Shown: positions 26,365 to 36,566, counted from the stretch's first letter. The stretch is DNA of 64,000 nt from Parcubacteria group bacterium GW2011_GWA2_42_14 (GCA_000998135.1 LCCV01000010.1:9073-73072), one strand, 5' to 3'. Numbers and translations are program-made. The notes: generated by a model from the sequence alone, not told the origin.

Positions 26365-27627
26365 ATGTCAACCTTTTTAGAAAATACTCAAAAATTGATT
26401 GAAGAAGCCGCGGATATCGCCATGATTGACGGCGGTATTTTAACGCGCTTAAAAAAACCCGAACGAATTTTGGAATTTGAAATTACTGCTGGGGGTAATA
26501 AATTTCAAGCGTGGCGAGTTCAGCATTCAAGCGTTTTGGGCCCCTATAAAGGGGGCATCCGTTTTCATCCTGATTCCAATCTTGACGAAGTCCAGGCGCT
26601 TGCGGCTTTGATGACTCTGAAGACATCATTGATGGGAATTCCGTATGGAGGGGGTAAGGGCGCTGTAAAAGTTAACCCAAAAGAATTATCTAAAAAAGAA
26701 CTGGAAGAGTTGAGCCGCGGATACGCAAAAGCGATTTTTGATAAAATCGGCCCGGAAAAAGATATTCCCGCGCCTGATGTGGGAACCGATTCTCAAATTA
26801 TGGCCTGGATGACGGATGAATATTCTAAAATTGCCGGATATAATGTTCCGGGCGTGTTTACCGGAAAACCGATTGAACTCGGCGGTTCCAAGGGGCGCGA
26901 GATTGCGACTTCATTCGGCGGATTTGTGGTTCTTCGCGAATATCTGCGCCAAGCCAAGGACTTGGCTTTGTTAAGCGGAGATTTAACGGTAGTGGTGCAG
27001 GGATTCGGAAATGTAGGCGGACATATCGCAAGAATTTTAAAAGAAGCGGGTTTTAAGATTGTCGGCGTTTCTGATTCCAAAAGCGCGATTTATTGTGATG
27101 AAGGAATTGATGTTCATGAAATTATAAAAATCCAAAAAGAAAAAACAGCCCAGGGCGCGGCAAAAATTTCTTTGGAGGAGGCGGCGTCCGGTAGATACAA
27201 GATAATATCAAATAAGGAATTGCTTGAATCGGATGCGGATATTTTGATTCCTTCGGCGCTGGAAAATCAGATTACTTTGGAAAATGCCAAAGATATTAAA
27301 GCAAAAGTTGTTTTGGAACTTGCTAATGGGCCGATTACCGCGGAAGCCGATAAAATTTTGGAAAAACAGGGAATTCAAATTATTCCCGATATTTTAGCCA
27401 ACGGCGGAGGAGTGGTTGGCTCATATTTTGAATGGGCGCAGAATTTACAGCGTCTTTATTGGGAAGAGGAAGAAGTTTTGGGCCGTCTTGATAAAATTAT
27501 GGCGGATGCGTTTCAGGCCGTAGCAAGAACCAAGAAAGAATACGGAATTACTTGGAGGCAGGCGGCATACGTGCGGGCCATTAAAAGAGTTGTTGACGCA
27601 ATGAAGTTACGCGGCCGCGTTATTTAA
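26365..27627 (+). CDS. gdhA: Glu/Leu/Phe/Val dehydrogenase (glutamate dehydrogenase)
   Basis: GPYKGGIRFHP, GGGKG, PAPDVGT, QGFGNVG, PDILANGGGV. Confidence 0.92.
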   Translation: MSTFLENTQKLIEEAADIAMIDGGILTRLKKPERILEFEITAGGNKFQAWRVQHSSVLGPYKGGIRFHPDSNLDEVQALAALMTLKTSLMGIPYGGGKGAVKVNPKELSKKELEELSRGYAKAIFDKIGPEKDIPAPDVGTDSQIMAWMTDEYSKIAGYNVPGVFTGKPIELGGSKGREIATSFGGFVVLREYLRQAKDLALLSGDLTVVVQGFGNVGGHIARILKEAGFKIVGVSDSKSAIYCDEGIDVHEIIKIQKEKTAQGAAKISLEEAASGRYKIISNKELLESDADILIPSALENQITLENAKDIKAKVVLELANGPITAEADKILEKQGIQIIPDILANGGGVVGSYFEWAQNLQRLYWEEEEVLGRLDKIMADAFQAVARTKKEYGITWRQAAYVRAIKRVVDAMKLRGRVI

Positions 27628-27743
27628 TGGCTCGCTCTGGGTTTTTGAAATCCCTTGCTTTCAGGCGAATGCTTCAGCATAAAAATAGTTATTGCCTGAG
27701 CCGAGTCGAAGGCATACATTCAGAAAAAGCGTTTTTATTGGGA

Positions 27744-27968
27744 TTAATTTCGTGGTCTGTTGAAGAGCCGGAAGAAAAGAGCAACAATTGATGTTACAAC
27801 AAACCCTGTGGCGATATCAATAATAACGATTTGGTATGCAGTAAGAACCCTGGAAGTTTTTTCTAAAAAAATAAGATCTGGGATGATATAGATAACCGAA
27901 ATTATAAGCCACCAAAAAAGGAAGTTCCACAAAGTATTGAAACTGAGCGACACTGGTTTTTTGTTCAC
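27744..27968 (-). CDS. Small hypothetical membrane protein
   Basis: Two hydrophobic segments; GTG at 27968 preceded by AAGGA. Confidence 0.6.
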   Translation of the reverse strand: MNKKPVSLSFNTLWNFLFWWLIISVIYIIPDLIFLEKTSRVLTAYQIVIIDIATGFVVTSIVALFFRLFNRPRN

Positions 27969-28012
27969 AAATTCTTCCTTTTGATAGTATAAAGTGCTAT
28001 AATCAATTATAT

Positions 28013-29026
28013 ATGAAACTAGCAAAAATTGCAATTAACGGATTTGGCAGGATCGGGCGGTCTTTTTTTCGCGCCGTTTTTGCTTTGTCAGAGTTTGATA
28101 TTGTCGCGGTGAACGATTTAAGCGACACAAAAACACTGGCATATTTATTGAAATATGACAGTGTTTATGGCCGGTATCAAAAAGAAGTTTCTGCGTCTGA
28201 CGGCGAACTTATTGTTGATGGTAAAAAGGTAAAAGTTCTGGCTGAAAAAGAGCCGGCGAAACTTCCGTGGAAAGATTTGGGAATTGATATTGTTGTTGAG
28301 TCCACCGGTTTTTTTGCGGATGGCGAAAAAGCTAAAGCGCATTTGGATGCCGGCGCTAAAAGAGTTGTGATTACCGCTCCGGCCAAAGGAGATGTTCAAA
28401 CCGTACTTGTCGGAGTAAATGATGATTTATTTAAAAAAGGTATCGGCCCTATTACCTGCAATGCTTCCTGTACTACTAATTCCGTAGCGCCGGTGGTGGA
28501 AATTATCCGCGAGTCGCTCGGAATTAAAAAAGCCGCTATGACTACGGTGCACGGTTATACGGCAACGCAAAAACTGGTTGACGGGCCTGTTGCCAAAGAT
28601 GTTCGTCGGGGAAGGGCGGCGGCCGTAAATATAGTTCCTTCCACCACCGGAGCGGCTGAAGCGGTAATCCAGTCCATTCCGGAAATGAAAGGAATTTTTG
28701 GCGCTCTTTCTATGAGGGTGCCGGTTATTACCGGTTCTCTTTCTGATACCACTATGTTGGTTTCTCGGAAAACAAACACTGAAGAAGTAAATGCTCTTTT
28801 TAGAAAAGCTGCCCAAAACCCGCGCTGGTCAAAGATTTTAAAAGTTACCGAAGACCAGATTGTTTCTACCGATATAATCGGTGAGCCCTATGGCGCTATT
28901 GTTGATTTATCGCTTACCAAGGTTATTGACGGCGATTTAATTAAAGTTTTTTCATGGTATGATAATGAGGCAGGGTATACGGCAACACTGGTGGAGCACG
29001 TCCGGCGAGTAGCCGAACAGTTGTAG
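28013..29026 (+). CDS. gap: Glyceraldehyde-3-phosphate dehydrogenase
   Basis: INGFGRIGR, NASCTTN, WYDNE. Confidence 0.97.
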   Translation: MKLAKIAINGFGRIGRSFFRAVFALSEFDIVAVNDLSDTKTLAYLLKYDSVYGRYQKEVSASDGELIVDGKKVKVLAEKEPAKLPWKDLGIDIVVESTGFFADGEKAKAHLDAGAKRVVITAPAKGDVQTVLVGVNDDLFKKGIGPITCNASCTTNSVAPVVEIIRESLGIKKAAMTTVHGYTATQKLVDGPVAKDVRRGRAAAVNIVPSTTGAAEAVIQSIPEMKGIFGALSMRVPVITGSLSDTTMLVSRKTNTEEVNALFRKAAQNPRWSKILKVTEDQIVSTDIIGEPYGAIVDLSLTKVIDGDLIKVFSWYDNEAGYTATLVEHVRRVAEQL

Positions 29027-29131
29027 GTTGCTTGCCCTGAGCCCGTCGAAGGGTTAGTTGTCGGTTAAAATAAGACGGCCCGCAGGCCGTTTTTTTGCTT
29101 TTTTCCATATTTTAGCATAAAATTTGAATAT

Positions 29132-30391
29132 ATGCGTCAATCTCAATTATTCGGGAAAACATTAAGAGAAGACCCTAAAGACGAGATTTCGGCCAATGCG
29201 CGGCTTTTAGAGCGCGGCGGTTTTGTTGCCAAAGAAATGGCCGGCATATATTCTTTTTTGCCGCTCGGTCTTCGCGTACTGGGGAAAGTCGCGAATATTA
29301 TCCGCGATGAATTGAATGAAAAGCTCGGGGCCCGGGAGATTTTGATGCCCGCGCTTCATCCGATTGAAAATTATGTAAAGACGGGCCGCGATAAGATTGA
29401 TATTCTTTTTCATACCGAACTTGCTTCGGGCGGCCATTTGGTTCTTGGCCAGAGCCACGAAGAGATTGTGGTGCCGCTTGCTAAGCGTTTTATTTCTTCT
29501 TATCACGATTTGCCGCTCGGGCTTTATCAGATTCAGACAAAATTCCGCAATGAGCCGAGGGCAAAATCCGGGCTTCTTCGCGGCCGGGAATTTATCATGA
29601 AAGATTTATACTCTTTTCACGCAACCGAGGATGATTTGGAAAAATATTATGAAAAGGCCAAAGACGCCTATAAAAATATATTCGCGCGTTTGGGTATTGG
29701 CGACATTACTTTTTTGACATTTGCTTCCGGCGGAACGTTCTCGCGCTACTCCCACGAATTTCAAACGATTACCGATGCCGGCGAGGATACGATTTATTTT
29801 TGTGAAAATTGCCTTATCGCAGTTAACGACGAAATTATCGGAGAACAGCCGTATTGCGCCAAGTGCAAGGCGCCTAGTGAAAAACTTTTGAAAAAAAGAG
29901 CCATTGAGGTCGGCAATATTTTTCCTCTGAAAACGAGGTATGCCGATGCTTTTGACTTGACTTATACGGATGAAACGGGCGTGTTAAAACCGGTTATAAT
30001 GGGTTGTTACGGCATTGGCCTTAGCCGTGTTATGGGCGCAATCGTAGAGGTGCATCATGACGAAAAAGGGATTTTGTGGCCGGAAACGGTTGCGCCGTTT
30101 AATGTTCATCTTGTGGAAATACCGGGCAAGAATAAAGCCGATATTGTTAAAAAAACGGCGGAAAAGTTTTATGAGGAACTGCTTGCCAAAAACATTGAAG
30201 TATTATATGATGACCGCGCGGATAAAACACCGGGCGAAAAGTTTGCTGATGCGGATTTAATAGGGATTCCGTTACGGGTGGTGGTATCGGAAAAAACCTT
30301 AGAGAAAAAGGGGGTGGAGGTTAAAAAACGGGGCGAGAAAGAAGCGAGGATTGTGTCGGAGAAAGAGATGTTGAAAATGCTTGAGAAATAG
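29132..30391 (+). CDS. proS: Proline--tRNA ligase (short form without editing domain)
   Basis: MRQSQLF, KFRNEPRAKSGLLRGREF, MGCYGIG. Confidence 0.94.
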   Translation: MRQSQLFGKTLREDPKDEISANARLLERGGFVAKEMAGIYSFLPLGLRVLGKVANIIRDELNEKLGAREILMPALHPIENYVKTGRDKIDILFHTELASGGHLVLGQSHEEIVVPLAKRFISSYHDLPLGLYQIQTKFRNEPRAKSGLLRGREFIMKDLYSFHATEDDLEKYYEKAKDAYKNIFARLGIGDITFLTFASGGTFSRYSHEFQTITDAGEDTIYFCENCLIAVNDEIIGEQPYCAKCKAPSEKLLKKRAIEVGNIFPLKTRYADAFDLTYTDETGVLKPVIMGCYGIGLSRVMGAIVEVHHDEKGILWPETVAPFNVHLVEIPGKNKADIVKKTAEKFYEELLAKNIEVLYDDRADKTPGEKFADADLIGIPLRVVVSEKTLEKKGVEVKKRGEKEARIVSEKEMLKMLEK

Positions 30392-30611
30392 AAGCAAAAA
30401 TGAACGCAAGACGTAACGCAAAATTATACGCAATTTGCGTTTAAGGTCGCGTGGTCATTTGCGTTTTATATTGCTTCTACAAAATAAAAAAAGGCCTACT
30501 TTTCTGTTTGGCTGACCGTAAGTTCAGTTGAACGTATTTTTGGAGCGAAAAAGAAAGAGCCCGACGATACCCATAAGAATATCGCCAGGCTGTGAGCCCT
30601 TGTGGGGGCTC

Positions 30612-30866
30612 TTAGCGCTTGTTGCGCTTGCGCCGGGGCGCGGTGCCGCGCGCGCGGTAGCCGCTGCGGAATCGGTCGGAGAGGCTGGTGGAGACGTGTG
30701 CCATCTCCATCTCCACCACGCTCGGTCCTCGCTTCTTCAGAAGCCCGCCGAGCGTGATGAATGCCTCTACGACATTCATGCCGCTTGCTACCGTTCTGCC
30801 GTCAAACTTGATGGCGACTCCGCCATCGTAGGCGGGTCGTGCATGGATGGAAATCCTGCCGCGCAT
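30612..30866 (-). CDS. GC-rich hypothetical protein (84 aa; cassette)
   Basis: AAGGAG SD before ATG at 30866; consensus promoter upstream; two hairpins plus T-rich tract downstream. Confidence 0.7.
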   Translation of the reverse strand: MRGRISIHARPAYDGGVAIKFDGRTVASGMNVVEAFITLGGLLKKRGPSVVEMEMAHVSTSLSDRFRSGYRARGTAPRRKRNKR

Positions 30867-30945
30867 GCTGGTCTCCTTGGCCAATCGGCCTTTAGGGGGT
30901 TTGAGGCCACGGCGCTTAAAAATACGCCATTTTACTGCTAATCTA

Positions 30946-30974
30946 ATTATAGCATAAATAAATATATTTGTCAA
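30946..30974 (-). promoter_or_regulatory. Perfect consensus sigma70 promoter
   Basis: Minus strand TTGACA-17 bp-TATAAT with TG extension. Confidence 0.85.
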
Positions 30975-30975
30975 T

Positions 30976-31142
30976 ATGATAAATAAACTTCTCGGCATAT
31001 TTTCAAAAGACCCCGCACCAAATTCCGAAATAGTGCGAGGTAGAATTTGGGGTTAACACCGCGGTAACGGCTTCGCCTTACGCCATTTTAAAAAGAAGTT
31101 CTTTTTGAGAATTGGTGCGGGGCAAGTATCGAAATTGACCTA
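30976..31142 (+). pseudogene. Recoded 5' remnant of mreB interrupted by a palindromic element
   Basis: MINKLLGIFSKD [31011-31122 insert] ..IEIDL versus intact MINKLLGIFSKDIGIDL at 31145. Confidence 0.85.
31011..31122. mobile_element. MITE-like element CCCCGCACCAA...TTGGTGCGGGG (related copy 56657-56772)
   Basis: Terminal inverted repeats, ~112 bp, no coding capacity. Confidence 0.65.
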
Positions 31143-31144
31143 TT

Positions 31145-32206
31145 ATGATAAATAAATTATTAGGAATTTTTTCTAAAGACATAGGTATTGACCTGGGAAC
31201 GGCCAATACTTTGGTTTACGTTCGTGGGAAGGGGATTGTGATAAATGAGCCGTCGGTGGTGGCGGTTAACCAGAAAACCGGACAGATTGTGGAGATTGGA
31301 ACAGAGGCCAAAAAAATGGTTGGCAGAACTCCTGCCTATATTATAGCATCCCGTCCTTTGGTTGAAGGCGTTATTTCCGATTTTGAAGTAACCGAGGAGA
31401 TGTTGCGTTATTTCATCCAAAAGGTTCACAAAGAAACCTTTTCCTTTTTTCCGAGGCCGCGAGTTGTGATTGGCATCCCATCGGAGGTAACCGAAGTTGA
31501 AAGGAGGGCGGTTGAGGATGCGGCCAGAAACGCGGGAGCCCGTGAAGTTTATTTGATTGAAGAGCCAATGGCCGCGGCCATTGGCGTGCGCATGCCCGTG
31601 CAGGAGGCGGTTGGTTCAATGGTGGTTGATATCGGCGGAGGTACTTCCGATATAGCCGTAATATCTCTTGGCGGAATTGTAGTATCCAAGAATTTAAGAA
31701 TTGCCGGAGATAAATTAAATGACGATATCATCCGTTTTGCCCGCGATGAATATAAACTTTTGTTGGGTGAGCGAACAGCCGAAGACATTAAAATTGCCAT
31801 TGGTTCGGCTTTTGAATTGGAGGAGCCCCTGGAAGCGGTTATGCGAGGCCGCGATTTGGTAACAGGTCTTCCCAAGGAAGTTGTGGTTGATGATTCGGAA
31901 ATCAGGAGAGCCATGCAGCATTCCAATAAAATCCTGGTTCAGGCGATAAAATCAGTGATTGAATCAACCCCTCCGGAACTGGTTGCCGACATAATGCATC
32001 GGGGCATAATTCTTGTCGGAGGCGGTTCGCTTCTTCGCGGACTTGATAAATTGGTAGCTCAAGAAACCAAAATGCCCACTCGCACCGCCGAAGACCCGTT
32101 AACCGCGGTAGTAAGGGGCACGGGAGTGGTGTTGGAAGACATAGACGCGCTAAGGGCTGTTTTAATCGGTTCGTCCTTTTATCAGAAAACACCAAGTACT
32201 TCATAA
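31145..32206 (+). CDS. mreB: Rod shape-determining protein MreB (copy 2, in mreBCD-mrdA operon)
   Basis: DIGIDLGTANT, IEEPMAAAIG, DIGGGTSD. Confidence 0.96.
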   Translation: MINKLLGIFSKDIGIDLGTANTLVYVRGKGIVINEPSVVAVNQKTGQIVEIGTEAKKMVGRTPAYIIASRPLVEGVISDFEVTEEMLRYFIQKVHKETFSFFPRPRVVIGIPSEVTEVERRAVEDAARNAGAREVYLIEEPMAAAIGVRMPVQEAVGSMVVDIGGGTSDIAVISLGGIVVSKNLRIAGDKLNDDIIRFARDEYKLLLGERTAEDIKIAIGSAFELEEPLEAVMRGRDLVTGLPKEVVVDDSEIRRAMQHSNKILVQAIKSVIESTPPELVADIMHRGIILVGGGSLLRGLDKLVAQETKMPTRTAEDPLTAVVRGTGVVLEDIDALRAVLIGSSFYQKTPSTS

Positions 32207-32312
32207 ATCCCAATGCTAAAATCCAAATTTCAAATCAAGCCCAAAATCTAAAAAATCTTGAACCTTGGACTTTGGATTTGATTTTTGCATTAGAACTTTG
32301 ATATTTGGATTT
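32205..32312. repeat. 7-bp-periodic hairpin, (AAATCCM)n/(TTTGGAY)n family
   Basis: Intergenic two-armed version of the unit found in frame in uvrA, uvrC, alr and trmD. Confidence 0.8.
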
Positions 32313-32327
32313 TTATAACCTTTGTTT

Positions 32328-33137
32328 ATGAAAACAAACAAGGCGGTGAATAAAAGAAATATTTTTTTGATGATTTTGTTTGTAGCATTCTTGACTGCGG
32401 CTTTTTTTTATAAATCACCTGCCATTTTTTTTGTCAGAAGTTCTGTTATTAAAATTATTTTCCCCGTAATGAAAAAATTTTCGTATGCCGCGGAATTTTT
32501 GAAGGGTGGATATTTTTATTCGTCAAAGGATTTGATTGCGGAAAACCAAAAATTGAAGGAAGAGAATGATACTTTAATTTTAAAACTGGGCGATTTTATT
32601 TTGTTGGAAAGGGAAAATGAAGATTTAAAAAAGTTGCTGAATTTTCAGGGGAGTTATCCTTTTTTTGATTTCGCCGCTTCCCGCCCCATTGGCTTTATAA
32701 GGGATGGTTCTGATGAATATATTTTGATTTCTCGCGGGATTAAAGACGGTATTCATAGCGATTTATGGGTCATTGATTCAAAAAAAACGTTGGTGGGAAA
32801 GGTGACTGAGGCCTATCAGGGTTCTTCCAAAGTAAAATTAATATCATCTGCTTCTGAAATCGTGAATGGGATTTTGCCCGCTACGGGCATGAGGGTTTTG
32901 GTCAAAGGCAACGGTTTCCGAGAACTTTTAATTGATTTGGTTCCTGAAAACACTGAAGTTAAAGAGGGGGACGAAGTGATGGCGGCAGAAAGCTGGGAGT
33001 ATCCCGGCCTCATTCTTTTTTTGGGAAAAATCGTTGAAGTCGGTTCTACCGGCGCGCAGGTTTTTAAAAGCGTTAAGGCGCTGCATTATTTTGATCCTCA
33101 ATCGCTTGAGACGGTTTTTGTTGTTAGGAAGCAATGA
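32328..33137 (+). CDS. mreC: Rod shape-determining protein MreC
   Basis: TM, coiled coil (LERENEDLKKLL), LVGKVTE; follows mreB. Confidence 0.88.
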   Translation: MKTNKAVNKRNIFLMILFVAFLTAAFFYKSPAIFFVRSSVIKIIFPVMKKFSYAAEFLKGGYFYSSKDLIAENQKLKEENDTLILKLGDFILLERENEDLKKLLNFQGSYPFFDFAASRPIGFIRDGSDEYILISRGIKDGIHSDLWVIDSKKTLVGKVTEAYQGSSKVKLISSASEIVNGILPATGMRVLVKGNGFRELLIDLVPENTEVKEGDEVMAAESWEYPGLILFLGKIVEVGSTGAQVFKSVKALHYFDPQSLETVFVVRKQ

Positions 33138-33304
33138 TGCGAATTTACGAATGAAATGCTAATCTACAAATTGCGAATCTTTTGCTATAAATTACGAAAT
33201 TTTACGAAAGTACGAAAATTTCGTAATTTCGCGCTTTTTCGTATTTCGTAGCCATATTCGCAATTCGCCAGATTCGCATTAAATTCGCATCGTATGGGCA
33301 TCAT
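33134..33304. repeat. Nested palindrome, ATGCGAAT/ATTCGCAT family with inner TACGAA hairpin (related at 33815-33895, 39935-40095)
   Basis: ATGATGC...GCATCAT ends; periodic GCGAAT/ATTCGC and TACGAA/TTCGTA units. Confidence 0.8.
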
Positions 33305-33309
33305 ATTTT

Positions 33310-33777
33310 ATGAAGCTTTTTCTTTTTTCCATAATTTATTTATTTTCGCTGGTTTTTGAGGTCGGTTTTATCTCTTTTTTGGGAATTACGCCTCTTTTTT
33401 CCTTTTGGATTTTTATAATATGCGCTTATTTTTTTAGAAAAGAAGATATTTTTATTTTTGGAACCATATCTTCAATTTTTGCTTTAGTGTTTTTTACCGT
33501 ATCTTCTTTGTATCCCCTGGTAATACTTTTGGGTACGGTAAGTGCTTTATTAATAAAATCATTTCAGGGTTTGAATAAGAAAACCGCTTTTTTGTCGCAT
33601 GCCTTGTTGGCAATTATTTTTTTTGAGTCAGCGCGCGCTTTTATTTTTTTTCCTGGCCATTTTTTTTGGCGTTTTTGGGAAGAAGTGGCGATAAACGGCG
33701 TTTTTTTAGCGAGTCTTTTGGTAATAATGATTTTTTATGAAATTAGGGTAGGGTTTAATAAAGGATACAGCATATAA
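33310..33777 (+). CDS. MreD-like membrane protein
   Basis: Highly hydrophobic 155 aa between mreC and mrdA. Confidence 0.7.
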   Translation: MKLFLFSIIYLFSLVFEVGFISFLGITPLFSFWIFIICAYFFRKEDIFIFGTISSIFALVFFTVSSLYPLVILLGTVSALLIKSFQGLNKKTAFLSHALLAIIFFESARAFIFFPGHFFWRFWEEVAINGVFLASLLVIMIFYEIRVGFNKGYSI

Positions 33778-33900
33778 AAAATTTTAAAGCAGGGCGCAGT
33801 AGACAAAATTATTTTTACGAATTACGAATAAATACGAATTTACGGATATTGTAAATTTTTACGATTCGTATATTTGTAAAAATTCGTAATTCATAAGGTT

Positions 33901-35841
33901 GTGGATATTTTTAAGAAAAAGAATAATAAAAAAATCGATATTGATCCCGAGGATATATTTTCCGATTCTTTAAATTCTCCAGGCTTTGTCAAAGAGAAAC
34001 AGGAAGGGCTTATTGAGTCATCTTTAGGAGAGCGCCCTTTTTTTATTTTGAGCGTTTTTTTGTTTGTGGGCGTGTTTCTTGTTGTGGCGCAGCTGTGGCG
34101 GCTGGAAATTATGGGAGGAGAAGATTTTGAAAAAATGGTTATAAATAACGAATTTGACATTTATGATAGCAAACCGCTTCGGGGGATTATCTACGATTTT
34201 AAAAATAAAAAACTTGTTTCTAATATCCAGACTTTTTCTATAGTGTTGCGAAAGAAATTTATTAAGGACAAAGAGTCGTTGGCCGCGGTTTTGTCTAATT
34301 TAGGAGAGGTTTTGGGCAGAGAGCCGGAAAATTTGCTGGCCGATATGGGAATTGAAGCCAATAATAATAATTATTTTTTGCTTTTTCCCGATGAGGCCTT
34401 GCTGGATGATGATGTTTCAAGAGAAGCTGTCTTGGAGATTGAATCAAATTTTGAAAAGTTTCCCGGCGTTTCCGTTGAAGAAAAATACTCGCGGGAATAT
34501 TTCTACGGCCAATCTTTTTCTCATATCATAGGTTTTGTGGGGCGCGTTTCGCCAAAGGACCTGCAAAGTGAATATGCCATTCATGATATTATAGGTAAAG
34601 ATGGTCTTGAGTACGCGTATGAAAACGAACTTAAGGGTTCCAAGGGTAAAAAAATCGTTGAAGTGGACGCTTTGGGCCGGCGTTTAAAGGAGCGTCAGTT
34701 TATTAAGGGGGAATCGGGTTACAATCTGGTATTGAATGTTGACGCTGATTTGCAAAAGTTCGCCTATGAAGTATTGTCGCGGCATGTTTTGTCCGGCAAT
34801 AAGACCGCGGGCGCGGTTGTGGTTTCCGATGTTAAGACCGGCGGTATTTTGGCTATTGCTAATTTTCCCAGTTTTGACAATAATATTTTTCGCGGCAAAA
34901 CACCTAAAAAAGAAATAGAAAAAATTTTGAAAGACAAGCGCTCCCCGCTTTTAAACAGAGCCATTTCCAGCTCTTATCCGTCCGGTTCTTCCATTAAGCC
35001 GATAATCGCGGCTGCGGCATTGGAAGAAAAAATAATTGACCCGTCCCGTTATATTTATGACCCGGGCTATATTGAAGTTCTGAATCCTTATAAACCCGGG
35101 GAGAAATCCGTTTTTAGGGACTGGAAGGTTTTTGGAGAAGTTGATATGAGGGAAGCATTAGCGTGGTCAGCCAATGTTTATTTTTTTACCATTGGAGGGG
35201 GACATGATGATATTAGGGGGCTCGGCATTGAGCGTATTAAAAAATATGCGACTCTTTTTGGATTTGGCGCAAAACTCGGCATTGATCTTCCCGGCGAGTC
35301 GGAGGGTCTTATGCCTGACCCTGTCTGGAAAGAAAAAACTAGACCCAAGGACCCGATTTGGCGGCTTGGGGATACTTACAACGTTTCCATAGGACAGGGA
35401 GACGCGCTGATGACTCCGCTACAGATGAATTTTGCCATTGCGACCATTGCTAATGGCGGAAAATTAATGCGACCGCGAGTCGTAAAAGAAATTGTTGACG
35501 AAGATGGGCATTCGGTAAAAAAGTTTGAGCCGGAAGTATTGAAGGAAAATTTTGTCGGCCGGGATCCGTTGAGGGTTGTGGGGGAAGGAATGCGCAGAGC
35601 CGTAACTGCCGGTTCTGCTTGGGATTTGGCTGATTTGCCCGTGGCCGTAGCTGGAAAAACAGGGACCGCGCAGACAGAAACGCAGGTTTTTGACAGGAAT
35701 CACGCTTGGTTTACAGGGTTTGCTCCGTATGAAAATCCTGAGATCGCCATAACGGTTTTTGTAGAAAAGGGCGGAGGAGGTGCCACCATGTCGGTTCCGA
35801 TTGCCAAAGAAATCTTGAATTATTACTTCAGTAAAAATTAA
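33901..35841 (+). CDS. mrdA: Penicillin-binding protein 2
   Basis: RGIIYD, GSSIK (SxxK), SAN, KTGTAQ. Confidence 0.93.
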   Translation: MDIFKKKNNKKIDIDPEDIFSDSLNSPGFVKEKQEGLIESSLGERPFFILSVFLFVGVFLVVAQLWRLEIMGGEDFEKMVINNEFDIYDSKPLRGIIYDFKNKKLVSNIQTFSIVLRKKFIKDKESLAAVLSNLGEVLGREPENLLADMGIEANNNNYFLLFPDEALLDDDVSREAVLEIESNFEKFPGVSVEEKYSREYFYGQSFSHIIGFVGRVSPKDLQSEYAIHDIIGKDGLEYAYENELKGSKGKKIVEVDALGRRLKERQFIKGESGYNLVLNVDADLQKFAYEVLSRHVLSGNKTAGAVVVSDVKTGGILAIANFPSFDNNIFRGKTPKKEIEKILKDKRSPLLNRAISSSYPSGSSIKPIIAAAALEEKIIDPSRYIYDPGYIEVLNPYKPGEKSVFRDWKVFGEVDMREALAWSANVYFFTIGGGHDDIRGLGIERIKKYATLFGFGAKLGIDLPGESEGLMPDPVWKEKTRPKDPIWRLGDTYNVSIGQGDALMTPLQMNFAIATIANGGKLMRPRVVKEIVDEDGHSVKKFEPEVLKENFVGRDPLRVVGEGMRRAVTAGSAWDLADLPVAVAGKTGTAQTETQVFDRNHAWFTGFAPYENPEIAITVFVEKGGGGATMSVPIAKEILNYYFSKN

Positions 35842-36047
35842 AAATTTTTTAAACAACAACAGCCAATCAATAACTGATAACATTTTATTTGCGTGTTTTT
35901 ATGTTGTTTTTATTCAACTATTTGATGGTGGATAAAAACCCTTGACGGATTTCGCATATTTGTTATTATTTAAAACAATTTTTAGTTACTTCAACTTGCT
36001 TAATTAATGACTGTTGTAGGTTGTTGGTTGTAAGTTGTAAGTTAATT

Positions 36048-36503
36048 ATGGCAGATTACATTAGCCCGGAAGGGCTGGAAAAATTAAAAGAAGAGCTTAA
36101 TAAGTTTAAAACCGAGGAGCGGCAAGCCATTGCGGCGCGTCTTGAATCAGCCAAAGCGCTCGGAGATTTGTCGGAGAATGCCGAATATCAGGAGGCCAAA
36201 GAAGCCCAATCTTTAAATGAGGCCCGTATTGTTGAACTTGAGGAAATGCTCAAGGATATTATTGTTATTAAAAAACCGGTTGGGACAGATTTTGTTCAGA
36301 TTGGCTCTCAGGTGGTGACAGAAAGAGACGGCAATGAGGAAATTTATACGATTGTCGGCTCGGAAGAAGCTGATCCCGTATCGGGAAAAATTTCCAATGA
36401 ATCCCCCATGGGAAAATCGTTCTTGGGGAAAAGAAGGGGTGAGACGGTAGAAGTAAAGACCCCGGGCGGAAATATGACATATATGATTAAGGATATCCGT
36501 TAA
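36048..36503 (+). CDS. greA: Transcription elongation factor GreA
   Basis: GDLSENAEY, ISNESPMG. Confidence 0.96.
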   Translation: MADYISPEGLEKLKEELNKFKTEERQAIAARLESAKALGDLSENAEYQEAKEAQSLNEARIVELEEMLKDIIVIKKPVGTDFVQIGSQVVTERDGNEEIYTIVGSEEADPVSGKISNESPMGKSFLGKRRGETVEVKTPGGNMTYMIKDIR

Positions 36504-36566
36504 TATAAAAATTGCGATTTTACACAAAGAAAAAGCCCTTACTGATGTTGTAAGGGTTTTGCGTTT

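Noticed and set aside
11278-32206. Two mreB paralogs as a novelty
   Set aside because: Multiple MreB/Mbl paralogs are common, and both copies look intact.
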